Assembly (NCBI GenBank): GCA_963849325.1
Contig: CAWKHF010000001.1
Span: 512,001 to 576,000 of the forward strand
Source: an uncultured Planctomycetota bacterium
GTDB taxonomy: Bacteria > Planctomycetota > Planctomycetia > Gemmatales > Gemmataceae
Direction: 5' to 3'
Length of the DNA stretch: 64,000 nt
This document shows, one piece after another, positions 9,798 through 20,825 of the stretch (within the stretch, counting starts at the first letter, position 1; every line of letters starts with the position of its first letter). A model generated the notes under the pieces. The model was not told the origin of the DNA and ran no database searches. It saw only the letters and a program-made list of their open reading frames with translations. A program made the position numbers and the translations under genes.

Positions 9798-9829
9798 TCG
9801 TTTTTCCCCCGGTCCAAGGGGAGGTCTCC

Positions 9830-10591
9830 ATGCGCCTGCCCGAACCGCCGCCGGCCCGCTGGGAACTGCATGGACGGATGTTCGGCGCCGGCTTCCGCGT
9901 CCATCCGTTGTTCTGGGTGTCCTGCGCACTGCTGGGGGTGGTCTATTACCAGTACCCGGACATTCGCCAGCAAATGGGCGGTCTCGCCGCCTTTTTGCTG
10001 TGGATGGCCGCCGCCGTGGCGGCGCTGGCGGTACACGAACTCGGCCACGTCCTCGTCAGTCGTCTGTTCGGCGTCCGTCCGCGCCTTGTCGTCTCGGGAC
10101 TTGGCGGTCAGCTATTCGGCTTGGAGGAATTAAGCCGTTGGCGGAGAGTGCTGGTCGCGCTGGCCGGGCCGCTCATGAATGCGTTGCTTTTCGGCGCGAT
10201 GTGGGGAGTGACCGCCCTTCCCTTGCCGCCGGACTGGCGCGTTGCCCTCGCCCCGGCGGTCTGGGTGCTGATGTGGATCAATGCCTTCTGGGGTCTGCTG
10301 AATGTGCTGCCCTTGTGGCCGCTGGATGGAGGCCGAATCGCCGTCGAGCTAGGCATGGCCCTTTTCGGCCGGCACGGCCGGACGCTGGCGCTGTTGCTGT
10401 CCCTGGCCGTCTCCCTTCTGTTGACCGTCTTCGTCATCGCGTGGATGCGCCTCACCCTCTACCCCTTTGACGACCGCTATACGGTCTATTTCACGTATTT
10501 CTGCATTTTGTCGCTGTATTGCTACGTCTTCTGGCTAAGTGCCTTTCGCGCCTTGTGGGACGAATCGGAGCCGCCGAGCGGACAGAAATAA
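9830..10591 (+). CDS. Site-2 protease (peptidase M50)
   Basis: HELGH, ALAGPLMN and NVLPLWPLDGG. Multiple TM segments. Confidence 0.92.
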   Translation: MRLPEPPPARWELHGRMFGAGFRVHPLFWVSCALLGVVYYQYPDIRQQMGGLAAFLLWMAAAVAALAVHELGHVLVSRLFGVRPRLVVSGLGGQLFGLEELSRWRRVLVALAGPLMNALLFGAMWGVTALPLPPDWRVALAPAVWVLMWINAFWGLLNVLPLWPLDGGRIAVELGMALFGRHGRTLALLLSLAVSLLLTVFVIAWMRLTLYPFDDRYTVYFTYFCILSLYCYVFWLSAFRALWDESEPPSGQK

Positions 10592-10595
10592 CCTG

Positions 10596-10671
10596 GTCCG
10601 AGCCTGAAGCGTAAGCGAAGAGATGACAACCGAAGGTTGTCGTTCTCTTCGCTTACGCTTCAGGCTCGGAC
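10596..10671. repeat. REP/REPIN-like inverted repeat, family A
   Basis: Same arms as 3538. Lies between convergent genes. Confidence 0.9.
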
Positions 10672-10681
10672 GGTCAACTTA

Positions 10682-11272
10682 TCAATGTTTCTCCGCCGCC
10701 GGCTTGGTGACGTCCTTGTCCTTGCTCGCCGGTTTGGGGGGCGGGTTATCGCCGAGCATCGTCTCCAGGACGCTGACCAGCGCTTGCAAGCTGGCCTGAC
10801 CCTCCTTGTCGGCGGCGTGGGTGTGCTCGCGCAGACTGGCGATCTCCTGACGACAACGGTTGATCTCCTGACGGGCCCGCGCCACTTCCTGGGCGGCGGT
10901 CTGCGCCTCGCCGCGCGCGGCGAGCACGGTGCGCTCGCGTTCCTCCAGCAGAGCTTGCAAGCCTTGCAGGCGCGCCATCAGCGACTTATTTTCATCTTGC
11001 AACTCCGCGATCTTCTGCGATAGGTCGGCGGCCTGGTACTCGGCCAGCTGGTTGTAGCCGGCGAGATTGACCGGGCCGGGCGGCCCACCCGCCGCGCCGG
11101 GCGGCGTCGGCCCTCCAGGACCGACCGGCCCGAACCCGCCCTGCGGACGGGAACTGAGGGCGGCGCCACCCGAGCCGACGCCGGCCAATCCCGACGAGCC
11201 GATACAGCCGCAGACCAGCAGTCCCGACAGGCCGGACGCCGCCAACACTCGTCGCCATCTCCTCTCCGACAT
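10682..11272 (-). CDS. Hypothetical lipoprotein with coiled coil, at the end of the flagellar operon
   Basis: Basic N-terminus, hydrophobic stretch and LVCGC lipobox-like motif, Gly/Pro linker, heptad coiled coil. SD AGAGAGGTG. Confidence 0.6.
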   Translation of the reverse strand: MSERRWRRVLAASGLSGLLVCGCIGSSGLAGVGSGGAALSSRPQGGFGPVGPGGPTPPGAAGGPPGPVNLAGYNQLAEYQAADLSQKIAELQDENKSLMARLQGLQALLEERERTVLAARGEAQTAAQEVARARQEINRCRQEIASLREHTHAADKEGQASLQALVSVLETMLGDNPPPKPASKDKDVTKPAAEKH

Positions 11273-11294
11273 GATTCACCTCTCTCGTCCTCCT

Positions 11295-11350
11295 CGTTTA
11301 GCCGCGACGCGCAGCGGAGCGCGCGCTCCGCTGCGCGTCGCGGCTAAACG
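11295..11350. repeat. REP/REPIN-like inverted repeat, family B
   Basis: CGTTTAGCCGCGACGCGCAGCGGAGCGC plus its exact reverse complement. Eight copies in the window. Confidence 0.92.
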
Positions 11351-11610
11351 GTCGCCGTGTAATGGCAGTGCAGGCGAATGTGCTGCCCGCAGCCGCAGAG
11401 AATGTCGATGGCCTGGATCACGTCGCCGCTGCGGACCATCTCGATCCGCGGTTCTCCGCCCTTATCTCCCGCGCTGGCGGGAGAGACAACGGAGGGTTGG
11501 CCGGGCACGGCCACGCGCGCCGGGTCGCCGCTGACGCGCACGCAGCCGCCGCGCACCACCGTGCCGACGTGAAACTCCCCCGACCCCTTGCCCCCTTGTT
11601 CGCCGTGCAT
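11344..11610 (-). CDS. Small hypothetical protein downstream of fliA, with C-terminal CGCG-x-C motif
   Basis: GGAGG SD inside the fliA 3' end. Ends IEMVRSGDVIQAIDILCGCGQHIRLHCHY. Confidence 0.6.
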   Translation of the reverse strand: MHGEQGGKGSGEFHVGTVVRGGCVRVSGDPARVAVPGQPSVVSPASAGDKGGEPRIEMVRSGDVIQAIDILCGCGQHIRLHCHYTATV

Positions 11611-11612
11611 GA

Positions 11613-12320
11613 TTAACCTCCATGAGTCCGCATGTACTCGCCCAGGTGGAACAACGCCGCGCTCAGCAACCGCGACACGCGCGATTCCGACAGATGCACG
11701 ACTTCGCCGATCTCTTTCAGCCGCAGGTCTTCCAGATAATACAGCGTCACGATCAATCGTTCGCGCTCCTCCAGGGCGGCGAGCGCCTCGACCAGCAAAC
11801 GTTTCTCTTCTTCCTTCTCCGCCAGCAGGTCCGGGCGGCGCGGATCGTCCAGGCGCGTGCCGATCGGCTCGCCGTGTTCCTCCCACGACAGCAGGCGCGT
11901 CATGCGGACGGCGGCCAGGCAGTCGGCCACCTCTTCTTCGCTCAGGCCGGTGGCCTGCGCCAAGGCTTGCGTCGTCACCGGCGGCGGCAGGGCGTCGTAG
12001 GCGCGGCGGACACGGGCCACTTGCCGGAGCACCTGCTGCGGCAGCGGACAGTTGCGCCGCAGTTCGTCGAGGACGGCGCCGCGAATGCGCGTATAGGCGT
12101 AGGTCTTGAACTGCGCGCCGCGCTCCGGGTCGAAATGGTGGGCCGCCTCAACCAGGCCGAGGACGCCCGCCGATTCCAGGTTCTCCACGTCCACGCCGGG
12201 CGGCAGCTCGGCCACCAGCTTGCCGACCAGGTGCCGTACCAGCGTCAGATGTTCGAGGATGAGCCGGTCGCGCCGGCCCTTCTGGGCGATGGCATCATAA
12301 GCCTGCAGTGCTTGCTGCAT
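11613..12320 (-). CDS. fliA: Sigma-28 RNA polymerase sigma factor
   Basis: GVLGLVEAAHHFDPERG, FKTYAYTRIRGAVLDELR and LYYLEDLRLKEIG..LSESRVSRL. Confidence 0.95.
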   Translation of the reverse strand: MQQALQAYDAIAQKGRRDRLILEHLTLVRHLVGKLVAELPPGVDVENLESAGVLGLVEAAHHFDPERGAQFKTYAYTRIRGAVLDELRRNCPLPQQVLRQVARVRRAYDALPPPVTTQALAQATGLSEEEVADCLAAVRMTRLLSWEEHGEPIGTRLDDPRRPDLLAEKEEEKRLLVEALAALEERERLIVTLYYLEDLRLKEIGEVVHLSESRVSRLLSAALFHLGEYMRTHGG

Positions 12321-12353
12321 GTCCCCTCACCCCACGAGAAATTCACCAACGAC

Positions 12354-14461
12354 TCACGCCGACGCCCGCGCCGGCAGAACGGCCGCCGACCCCGGCCCGA
12401 GGTCTTCCGGCTTGAGCATGGCCACCGGCTCCAGCAGCAGATCGCCGGGCACCTCCTGATAGGCGATCACGGCCAGGTCCGGCAGGCCGCGCATCAGGGC
12501 GTGGCGCAGCGGCCGGCGCAGGCTGCCATCGGTCAACAGGGCGACCTCCTGTCCGCGCGCGCTGGCCTTGCGCCATTCGTTGAGCAGGAACACGATCAGC
12601 TTTCTCCAGCCGTCCCGGATCGAGGACCAGCGTCTTGTCGTGCAGCTGCACGCCGCAGCTCCATCTCCAACCGCGGATCGAGGACGACGGCATGCAGCCG
12701 GCCCTGCTCGTCGCGGTAACGGTCGCACAGGACGCGGCCGAGGTCGGCCCGGATGCGCTCGGTCAACTCAACCGGATCCTTCGTCGCCGGTGCATGATGG
12801 GCCAGCCCCTCCAGGATGCGCGGCAGGTTCGAGATCGGCACGTGTTCCTCCAGCAGCAGACACAGGATGCGGTGCAGCGTGCCCATCGTCAGCACGTTGG
12901 GCAACAGTTCATCGACCACGGACGGATTCGATTCGCGGGCCTTGTCGATGAGCAGCTTGAGGTCCTCGCGGCTGAACAGCTCGTGAGCGTGCTTGCGGAC
13001 GATCTCGCCGAGGTGCGTGATGAGTACGCTGGGCGCATCGACGACGGTGAAGCCGCCCAGCTCGGCGCGTTGGCGGTCGTTCTCGCTGATCCAGCGAGCG
13101 GCCAGGCCGAAGGCCGGATCCTTGGTCGCCTCGCCTTCGAGCTGGATGTGTGTCTTGCCGGGGTCGATGGCCAGCAGGCGCTCCGGCCGCAGTCGGCCGC
13201 GCGCCACCTCGCGGCCGCCGATGAGGATGCGATAGGCGTCCGGCTTCGAGCTGGATGTTGTCGCGCAGACGGATGGGCGGCACCCACAGGCCGTTTTTGC
13301 GCGCCAGGTCGCGGCGCAGGCCGGCGATGCGGTCGAGCAGGCCGTTGCCGCGACGCGGATCGACCAGTGGGATGAGCCGAGCGCCGATCTCGACCGTGGC
13401 GCGGTCGGTTTGCAGGAAATCGTCGAGGTGCATCTCCGCCGGCTTGGCCGGGCTTGACGGCTCCTTCCCCTTGGCCGGCGCCGCCGGCGCCGGCGCTGTC
13501 AGACGGCGGGCGCCGAAGTACAGCAGCACGGCCAGGCCGGCGAACGGCAGCATGGGCAAGCCCGGCGTCAGGGCCAGGCCGAGCAGGATCAGGGCGCCGA
13601 CGAACAGAGGTCGAGGATTCATCGTCATCTGGGCGCCGATTTCCACACCCAGGCTGGTCTGCGTCGTCGCCTTGGTCACGAGCATACCGGAGGCCGTGGC
13701 GATGATGAGGGCCGGCACCTGCGAGATCAGACCATCGCCGACGGTGAGGATCGAGTAAGTCCGAAAAGATTGCGCGATGCTCATGTTGCGCGTCAGGCCG
13801 AGGACGAAGCCGCCGACGAGGTTGATGGCCGGTGATGATGAGGGCGGCGATGGCGTCGCCGCGCACGAACTTGCTGGCCCCGTCCATCGCCCCGTAAAAC
13901 TCGGCCTCGCGCAGCAGCTGCTGCCGGCGCCGCCGCGCCTCGGCCTCGTCGATGGCGCCGGAGTTCAGCTCGGCGTCGATGGCCACCTGCTTGCCCGGCA
14001 TGGCGTCGAGGGTGAAGCGCGCCGCCACTTCCGAGACGCGGCCGGCACCCTTGGTGATGACCACGAACTGAATGATGATGAGGATGAGGAAGATGACCAG
14101 GCCGACGACGAGGCTGCCGCCGACCACGAAGCCGCCGAACGTGGCGACGATGTGTCCGGCGCTGCCCTTGAGCAGAATGAGCCGCGTCGTGGCCACGTTG
14201 AGCGCCAGCCGGAACAGCGTCATGAGCAACAGCAGCGACGGAAACACCGAGAAATCGAGAGCCTTGCGTGGCGCCGAGCGTGACGAGCAGCAGCAGGATG
14301 GTCAGGCCGAGGTTCAACGCCAGCAGCAGGTCGAGCAGCGGCGGCGGCAGCGGCACGAGCAGGACGACCAGCACGCCCAGCAGCGCGACGGAGAGCACCA
14401 GCTCGCTCCGCTGCGCGAAGGGCAGGTTGGAATCGCCGGAAAGTGCCATTGCCTTGGCCAT
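12354..14461 (-). CDS. flhA: Flagellar export protein FlhA (indel-split)
   Basis: [52 protein letters not shown] and DPAFGL. Confidence 0.95.
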
Positions 14462-14486
14462 AGGGACACTCTTCACCCTCAATAAC

Positions 14487-14556
14487 TTCGTTTAGCCGCG
14501 ACGCGCAGCGGAGCACGGGACTGCCGCGCTCCGCTGCGCAGTCGCGGCTAAACGAA
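14487..14556. repeat. REP/REPIN-like inverted repeat, family B
   Basis: Family B arms between flhB and flhA. Confidence 0.9.
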
Positions 14557-14563
14557 ATGATTG

Positions 14564-15633
14564 TCACGCTACACCCCGCAGCCGATACACGTACGCCAAT
14601 ACCTCGGCGACGGCGTGATACAGCGCCGCCGGAATCTCCTGACCGATCTGCACCGCCTTGTACAGCGCCTGCGCCACCGGCTTGCGCTCCACCACGGGAA
14701 CGCCGTGCCGCCGCGCCGTCTCGACGATGCGGCGAGCGACGTGGCCCGCGCCCTTGGCCACGACACGCGGCGCCGCCAGCGCCCCCTTGTCGTAGCGCAG
14801 GGCGATGGCCAAGTGCGTCGGGTTGGTGATGACGACTGTCGCTCGTGGCACGTCGACGCATCATGCGTCGCTGGCTCAATTCGCGGCCAGCTTGCGCATG
14901 CCGCGCCTTGACCTGCGGATCGCCCTCCTCGCGCTTGATTTCTTCCTTCAGCTCGTCCCGCGTCATCCGCAGCGACCGTCTCGAAGCGCAGCCGCTGCAA
15001 GACGTAATCGACCACGCCGACCACGACGAAGGCGGCGGCGACGATCAGGCCCAGACGCAGGACGATGTCCCACGTTTGACTGGCGGCGCCGGCCAGGTCG
15101 TGCCGGTCCAGCTCGGCGAGGCGGGCGAAGCGTCCCTTGATGAGCAACACCGCCAGCACAGCGGTAACGCTCGCCTTGGCAACGGCCACCCCGCCGCGCA
15201 GCAGCGCCGCCAGCGAGAACATGCGTCCCAGCCCAGCCATCGGATCGATGCGCTCCCAGTTCGGCGCCGCCAGTGCCGGGCGTGACCGCGAAAGCCGACC
15301 TGCCCGACCATCACGGCCAGGGCGGCCACGAACAGCACGCCGAGCAACAGCCCCATCAACTGCAACCCCCGCGTCAGACAACGCGGTCAGCAACTCATGC
15401 GTCTGCTCCGGTCCCAGCTCGTGGACGGCACAGCGCAGCACCCCCTGCCGCACCGTCTCCAGCAAGCCGGCCCCCAGCGTCCGCGAGCCGAACCACAGCA
15501 CGCCGACGGCGGCCAGAAGCAGCAGTCCGGTCGTCAGTTCCGTGCTGACGGCGACGCGGCCCTGCAACCGGGCTTCCTCGCGCCGGCGCGGCGTCGGGGC
15601 TTCCGTCTTGGACTGGTCGAAGTCTTCCGCCAT
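14564..15633 (-). CDS. flhB: Flagellar export protein FlhB (indel-split)
   Basis: [34 protein letters not shown] and the NPTH autocleavage motif. Confidence 0.95.
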
Positions 15634-16406
15634 GCAGGTACACCAACCGTTCCATCAAGGCGCTCAGGCTGCGCCAGCGTCCGCACCAGGGCGGCGACGA
15701 AGTCGGGCAGAGCACAAACACCGCGGCCAGGCCGATGCCGACGCGCAGACCGAAGCCGACCGAGAAGAGGTTCATCTGCGGCGCCGCTCGCGTCAGCAGG
15801 GCCAGCACGACCGAGGTGAGGAACAGGACGGCGCCGACCGGGGCGGCCAACATCAGTCCCCATTCCTGGGCTTGCCCCAGTCCCGTCACCATCGACCCGC
15901 GGACGACAGCCCCGACCAGCCGCCGAGGGGGACGCGCAGAAACGTGCTGTGCAGGGCCGCCAGAAACAGGTGATGTCCGTCGAGTCCGAGGAACAGGACG
16001 CCGGCCAACATCTGAAAGAGCTGGGTGACGACGAGCGACGGGTTCGTCGCTCGCCGGATCGGACTGCGCGGCCAGGGCCAGGCCCATTTCCTGTCCCAGG
16101 TAATCTCCCGCGATCTGCACCGGCAGCAGGACCAGGCCCATCGACGTAACCGAGGAAAGCACCCAGCACGGTCTCCTTTATCAGCACGAGGGCGAACGCC
16201 ACCCACGACACCGGGCCGTCACTCGTGAGGCTCGCCGGCGCCGCCGAGCCGCCGAGCAGCATGAAGTACAGCACGGCCAGCGCCACCGACAGGCCGACCT
16301 TGACGGTGCGCGGCGTCGTGGCGCCGCCCAGCAGCGGCAGCACCGCCACGAAGGCGCCGACCCGCGCCAGGATCAGACTGAACGACAGCACCAGCGTTTC
16401 GATCAC
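15634..16406 (-). CDS. fliR: Flagellar export protein FliR (indel-split, 3' end approximate)
   Basis: LILARVGAF, KETVLG, QEMGL, GLDGHHL and TRAAPQMNLFSVGF. Confidence 0.9.
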
Positions 16407-16673
16407 CGGCCCACCCCCGCGGCGCGTTCGAGCATGCGCATCGTGAAATGGATGGCGAGCTGCATGGTCCACGGCATCGCCAGCACCAGGACCAGCCCCG
16501 CCGCCAACAGGCGCGGCACGAAGCGCCAGCGTCTGCTCCTGGATGCTGGTGATCGCCTGCAAAATGCTGACGAGGAGGCCGACGAGGAGGCTGGCGGCCA
16601 GCGTCGGCAGCGCCAGCAGCAGGGCCGTGTACAGCAGATCGCGGCCAATCTCGATGACTTGTGCCATCGACAT
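16403..16673 (-). CDS. fliQ: Flagellar export protein FliQ (one indel)
   Basis: GLLVSILQAITSIQEQTL-(A)FVPRL. Confidence 0.92.
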
Positions 16674-16692
16674 GAGAGCGTCCCTTTCCTGC

Positions 16693-16793
16693 TCTCCCCT
16701 CTCCCCCGCTTCGGGGGAGAGGGGTAGGGGGTGAGGGGGCGGCGTCTCCCCCTCACCCCCTACCCCTCTCCCCCGAACGGGGGAGAGGGGAGA
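16693..16793. repeat. Inverted repeat, family D (CCCTCACCCC/CCCCTCTCCC type)
   Basis: CCCCTCTCCCCCG..GGGGGAGAGGGGTAGGGGGTGAGGGGG followed by its reverse complement. Confidence 0.88.
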
Positions 16794-16797
16794 ACAA

Positions 16798-17478
16798 TCA
16801 ACCGAAACTCATGCTCAGCGCTCGCGCCACCAGGTGCCAGCCGTCGGCCAGCACGAACAGAAGGATCTTGAACGGCGCCGAGATGATGACGGGCGGCATC
16901 ATCATCATGCCCATCGCCGTGAGGATGCTGGCCACCACCAGGTCCACCAGCAGGAACGGCACATAAATGCAGAAGCCCATGATGAACGCCGTCTTCAGCT
17001 CGCTGATGACGTAGGCCGGCACCAGGACGTGCCAGGGCGTATCCGCGGGCTGCTGCAACGATTTCAACCCGGCCAGGTGGATGAAGAGCGCCAGATCCTG
17101 TCGCCGGGTGTGTCGCAGCATGAACTGGTGCAGGGCGGCGCCGCCGGCGCGGGCGGCCTCCACCCCGCTAATCGTCTTGTCCAGATACGGCGTGACGGCC
17201 TTGGCGTTGATCTCGTCGAGCGTCGGCCCCATGACGAACAGGCTCAGGAACATCGACAGGCCCAGAAGGACGGTGTTGGGCGGAATGTCCTGCGACGTGA
17301 CGGCCCGGCGCACGAACGACAGGACGATGATGATGCGCGTGAAGGGCGTCAGGCACACGAGCAGCGCCGGCAGCAGCACCATGCCGCCCAGAAACAGGGC
17401 CGTCTGCAACGGCGCGGACAGGTTCTGCAAACCGCCCGACTCGCCGAGGCGCTCGACCACCGACAGCGGATCGGCCAT
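16798..17478 (-). CDS. fliP: Flagellar export protein FliP
   Basis: TPFTRIIIVLS, PPNTVL, LVPAYVISELKTAF, GMMMMPP and FKILLFVLADGW. Confidence 0.96.
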   Translation of the reverse strand: MADPLSVVERLGESGGLQNLSAPLQTALFLGGMVLLPALLVCLTPFTRIIIVLSFVRRAVTSQDIPPNTVLLGLSMFLSLFVMGPTLDEINAKAVTPYLDKTISGVEAARAGGAALHQFMLRHTRRQDLALFIHLAGLKSLQQPADTPWHVLVPAYVISELKTAFIMGFCIYVPFLLVDLVVASILTAMGMMMMPPVIISAPFKILLFVLADGWHLVARALSMSFG

Positions 17479-17515
17479 GACGACTCCCTTCCACCACGAA
17501 CAACGCCCCGTCCAC

Positions 17516-18058
17516 TCAGGCCGCTTCCGCGCTCTCGTTGGCCGGCTTTTCCAGTTCGGCCAGCGTGCCGTCGAAGGTTGGCGGCAACGTCAGCAGCGCC
17601 TTGAGTCCCGCCGGGTCCACCCCGGCGAGCACCTTCGTCTCGCCCGCCTGGAGTAGATAGACCGAGCAGCGACCGCCCAGCACCAGAGCTTCGACGACAC
17701 GCAATTGTTTGTTCTCACCCGGCGGCCCAGCCAGCGGCCGTACCCAGCGCTTGCCGATCCAGAGCGTGATCCCACACAGTATAAGGACAAAAATAGTCCC
17801 TAGAGTGAGGCGCAGAAACATCGCTTGTGGCGAGGGCACGTCCGGCAGAGATGGCGGCTGATACTCCAGCAAGTTCTTCTCCGCCGTCGGCGGAGGCGCG
17901 GGCACGGCCGCCGCCGGCACCTCGGCGCTCTTGTTCAGGCTGCGCGGCAGGAAAATGCCGCCGGCCGTGGCCACGAGGCCGAGCACGCCTAGCACCAGCC
18001 AGCTCGGCAATCCGCCCTTGCGCGTCGCACCCTTGTCGGATGGGACCATGATCTGCAT
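17516..18058 (-). CDS. fliO: FliO-like flagellar biosynthesis protein
   Basis: TM helix followed by LRVVEALVLGGRCSVYLLQAG..VLAGVD. Directly upstream of fliP. Confidence 0.8.
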   Translation of the reverse strand: MQIMVPSDKGATRKGGLPSWLVLGVLGLVATAGGIFLPRSLNKSAEVPAAAVPAPPPTAEKNLLEYQPPSLPDVPSPQAMFLRLTLGTIFVLILCGITLWIGKRWVRPLAGPPGENKQLRVVEALVLGGRCSVYLLQAGETKVLAGVDPAGLKALLTLPPTFDGTLAELEKPANESAEAA

Positions 18059-18128
18059 ACTCCGAACCGTCCGCACCGCGAAGCCGAGGAAATCGGCTTC
18101 GCCGGCCGGCAGACAGGGGTATTGCAGA

Positions 18129-18157
18129 CTATCGTCCCGAAGAAGGGCAAACCTTGA
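18129..18157 (-). promoter_or_regulatory. Sigma28-like promoter (long spacer) for fliOPQR-flhBA-fliA
   Basis: TCAAG-N16-GACGATAG. Confidence 0.6.
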
Positions 18158-18220
18158 GGAGCTTTCCGAATGGGAGGGGAATAACGAATATGCCGTCAAG
18201 CGGTGAGCGGCCCGCTTCGA

Positions 18221-19002
18221 TCATTGCTTGCTGCCGTCCACGTTGGCCGGCGTCCGCCGCAGTCCCTTCAGCTTCTCGACCAGCTGGGCCGCCAGGCCGG
18301 CGTCGGTCAACTCGGCCAGCACCTTCGCCGCTTGCCTCTCCTGCATCAGTCCGAGCACCTTGACCGCCGTGTCCATCTTGCCCGTGTCCGCCAGGTTCTG
18401 CAAAATCTTGGCCGCGCTCTCCGGCGCCATCGAATTGTACATGCCGCTCATCTTCTTCAAATTGTCGTGCTCTTCCTTCTGGAGTTGCAAGACCCGTCCT
18501 TCCATCTCCTGCGTATTTCGGCTGATTTTCTGGCGTTCCTCATCGAGATTGCTGCGCTGCTTCTCGACGCCCTGGATGGCCTCGTTCAACGCTTCCAACT
18601 CGCTCTTGACCTGCGTGCGCAGCTCGTCGAGGGCGGAGCGTTCGCCGCGGATGTCTTCCTGGATCAGCTCGATTTGCTTCTTGCGCGGCCAACTGTTCCT
18701 CGCGCTCGCGCACGGCGGCGAGACGGGTACGCAGCTCGCTGGTCATGCGGGCGATTTCCTCGGTGCCGGCGTTGTAGGTGGGACGAACGGCGGCGCGCGG
18801 GGCGGCGTCGCTTGCGCCGGACTCGTGGGCCGGCTCGGCGGCGGCGCTCGGCTTGCCGCTGTCGTGGGCCTTGACCTCGATTTTCTCCGTCTTCTCCGGA
18901 GCGTGGCCGTCGGTTCGGCTTCTGTTGCCAGAAATACGACACCGACGCCGACACCGCGAACAGGACCAGGCTCGTCGCGCCGACGATCAGCAATTGCTTC
19001 AT
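18221..19002 (-). CDS. FlbB/MotE/YlxF-like protein (TM, coiled coil, MgtE-N-like domain; indel-split)
   Basis: MYNSMAPESAAKIL..AVKVLGLMQERQAAKVLAEL. Canonical position after fliJ. Confidence 0.8.
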
Positions 19003-19490
19003 GGCTCGCCTCCTTCCGGGGCGTCGGGACTGCCGAACGGTCCCGCGTCCTGTGCCGCCAGCCAGCGCTGCAAGCCCAGCTCATCCAGATTGTTTTGCTG
19101 CTGCCGGGCCGCTTCTCGACGATAGTTTTGCCATTCGCGCGCGCGGAGGGCGCGCAGCGCCTCGGCCTCCAGGGAAGCCTGTATACGCAGACGGTCGGCT
19201 TCCTGCAACAGCTTCTCGGCCTCGTCGGCCTGTCGCCGAGCCGCGTTCAGCCGTTCGCCCAGGGCCATCGTCTGCTCGTAAGGGATCTGCCAGGTCCCCA
19301 GGGCCGCCGCCTCGCGCAGCCGCGCCGCTGCGGACGCGGCCGTGCGGGTCATCTGCTCCTCGATCCGCGCGCACTCGGCTCGCGCTTCCTCCCACCGCGC
19401 CCGCGCCTGCTGTTGCCGTACCTCGGCCAACCGCTCGCGCTGTTCCTTCAGCGCCAACACACGCTCCAGGCGGAAATGAAATCGCTTCAT
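18999..19490 (-). CDS. fliJ: Flagellar export chaperone FliJ
   Basis: MKRFHFRLERVL N-terminus, coiled coil, QNNLDE. Follows fliI. Confidence 0.9.
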   Translation of the reverse strand: MKRFHFRLERVLALKEQRERLAEVRQQQARARWEEARAECARIEEQMTRTAASAAARLREAAALGTWQIPYEQTMALGERLNAARRQADEAEKLLQEADRLRIQASLEAEALRALRAREWQNYRREAARQQQNNLDELGLQRWLAAQDAGPFGSPDAPEGGEP

Positions 19491-19505
19491 CGATAAACCA
19501 CCGCA

Positions 19506-20825
19506 TCAAAACGGCCATGCCGCCGCGATCTTCTCCATCCGCTCGCGTGTCTCGGCCAGGGTGTTGCGCTCGCCGACGCCTTGACGCAAGAACGCCAGCA
19601 CCGACGGCATCAGCTCGATGGCGCGATCGACCTGCGGGCTGCTGCCGCGCGCGTAGGCGCCGATGCGGATGAGGTCTTCCGCCTCGGCATGGATGGCCAG
19701 GATCTCGCGCACCTTGCGGGCCGCCTGCTGATGGTCGGCGTCCGTCACTTCGCGCGCCACGCGGCTGATGCTCCGCGCGATGTTGATGGCCGGGTAGTGG
19801 CCGCGCTCGGCCAACCGGCGGTCCAGGACGATGTGGCCGTCGAGCAGGCCGCGCGTCGCGTCGGCGATCGGCTCGTCGAGGTCGTCGCCATCGACCAGTA
19901 CGGTCAGGATGCCGGTGATGCTGCCGGAGGCGGCGTTGCCGAGTTGCTCGACCGTGTTGGCCAGCACCTGGAACACCGACGGCGTGTAGCCGCGCGCGCT
20001 GGGCGGCTCGCCCAGCGCCAGGCCAAGTTCGCGCTGGGCCATCGCCAGGCGCGTCAGGCTGTCGAGCAGAAACAGCACGTTGGCAGCCGCGAGCGCGGAA
20101 GTGGTCGGCCATGGTGATCGCCACCTGCGCCGCGCGGCGCGCAGCAGCGGCGCCTGGTCGCAGGTGGCCACCACGACCACCGACCGCGCCAACCCCTCCG
20201 GCCCGAGGCAGTCCTCCAGGAACGAGCGCACCTCGCGGCCACGCTCGCCGATGAGGGCGAGGACGTTGACGTCGGCGCGCGAACCCTTGGCGATCTCGCC
20301 CAGCAGCGTGCTCTTGCCGACGCCGCTGCCGGCGAAGATGCCGAGACGCTGGCCCTGGCCGCACGTCAGCAGGGCGTCGATGGCGCGCTGCCCGGTGACG
20401 AACGGTCGGCGGATGCGCGCTCGCTCCAGCGGCGGCGGCGTGCCGCGCCGCACCGGCAACAGGTCGCAGCCGCTCAGCGGGCCACGACCGTCGAGCGGCC
20501 GGCCCAGCCCGTCCACGATGCGGCCCAGCAGCCCGTCGCCCACCGGCGCGATCAGACCACGGCCCAGGTGCGTCACGCGCATGCCCGAGTGGACCTCCTC
20601 GGCATGTTCGTAAGGGACGACGTAGGCCACGCCACTCTGAAAGCCGATCGCCTCGGCCAGCAGCGATCCGCCGTCGCCGGTGTCGATGGCGCACTGATCG
20701 CCGACCGCCGCCGGCAGGCTGCACGACAACAGCAGCCCGGTGGCGCTGCGGAGCACGCCGCTGGTGCGAAACAGATCGTGCCGGACGATGTCACGGCGCA
20801 GACGAGCCAGGTCCAGATCGAGCAT
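19506..20825 (-). CDS. fliI: Flagellar export ATPase FliI
   Basis: GQRLGIFAGSGVGKS, LIGERGREV, DSLTRLAMAQRE and LDGHIVL. Confidence 0.96.
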   Translation of the reverse strand: MLDLDLARLRRDIVRHDLFRTSGVLRSATGLLLSCSLPAAVGDQCAIDTGDGGSLLAEAIGFQSGVAYVVPYEHAEEVHSGMRVTHLGRGLIAPVGDGLLGRIVDGLGRPLDGRGPLSGCDLLPVRRGTPPPLERARIRRPFVTGQRAIDALLTCGQGQRLGIFAGSGVGKSTLLGEIAKGSRADVNVLALIGERGREVRSFLEDCLGPEGLARSVVVVATCDQAPLLRAARRRWRSPWPTTSALAAANVLFLLDSLTRLAMAQRELGLALGEPPSARGYTPSVFQVLANTVEQLGNAASGSITGILTVLVDGDDLDEPIADATRGLLDGHIVLDRRLAERGHYPAINIARSISRVAREVTDADHQQAARKVREILAIHAEAEDLIRIGAYARGSSPQVDRAIELMPSVLAFLRQGVGERNTLAETRERMEKIAAAWPF

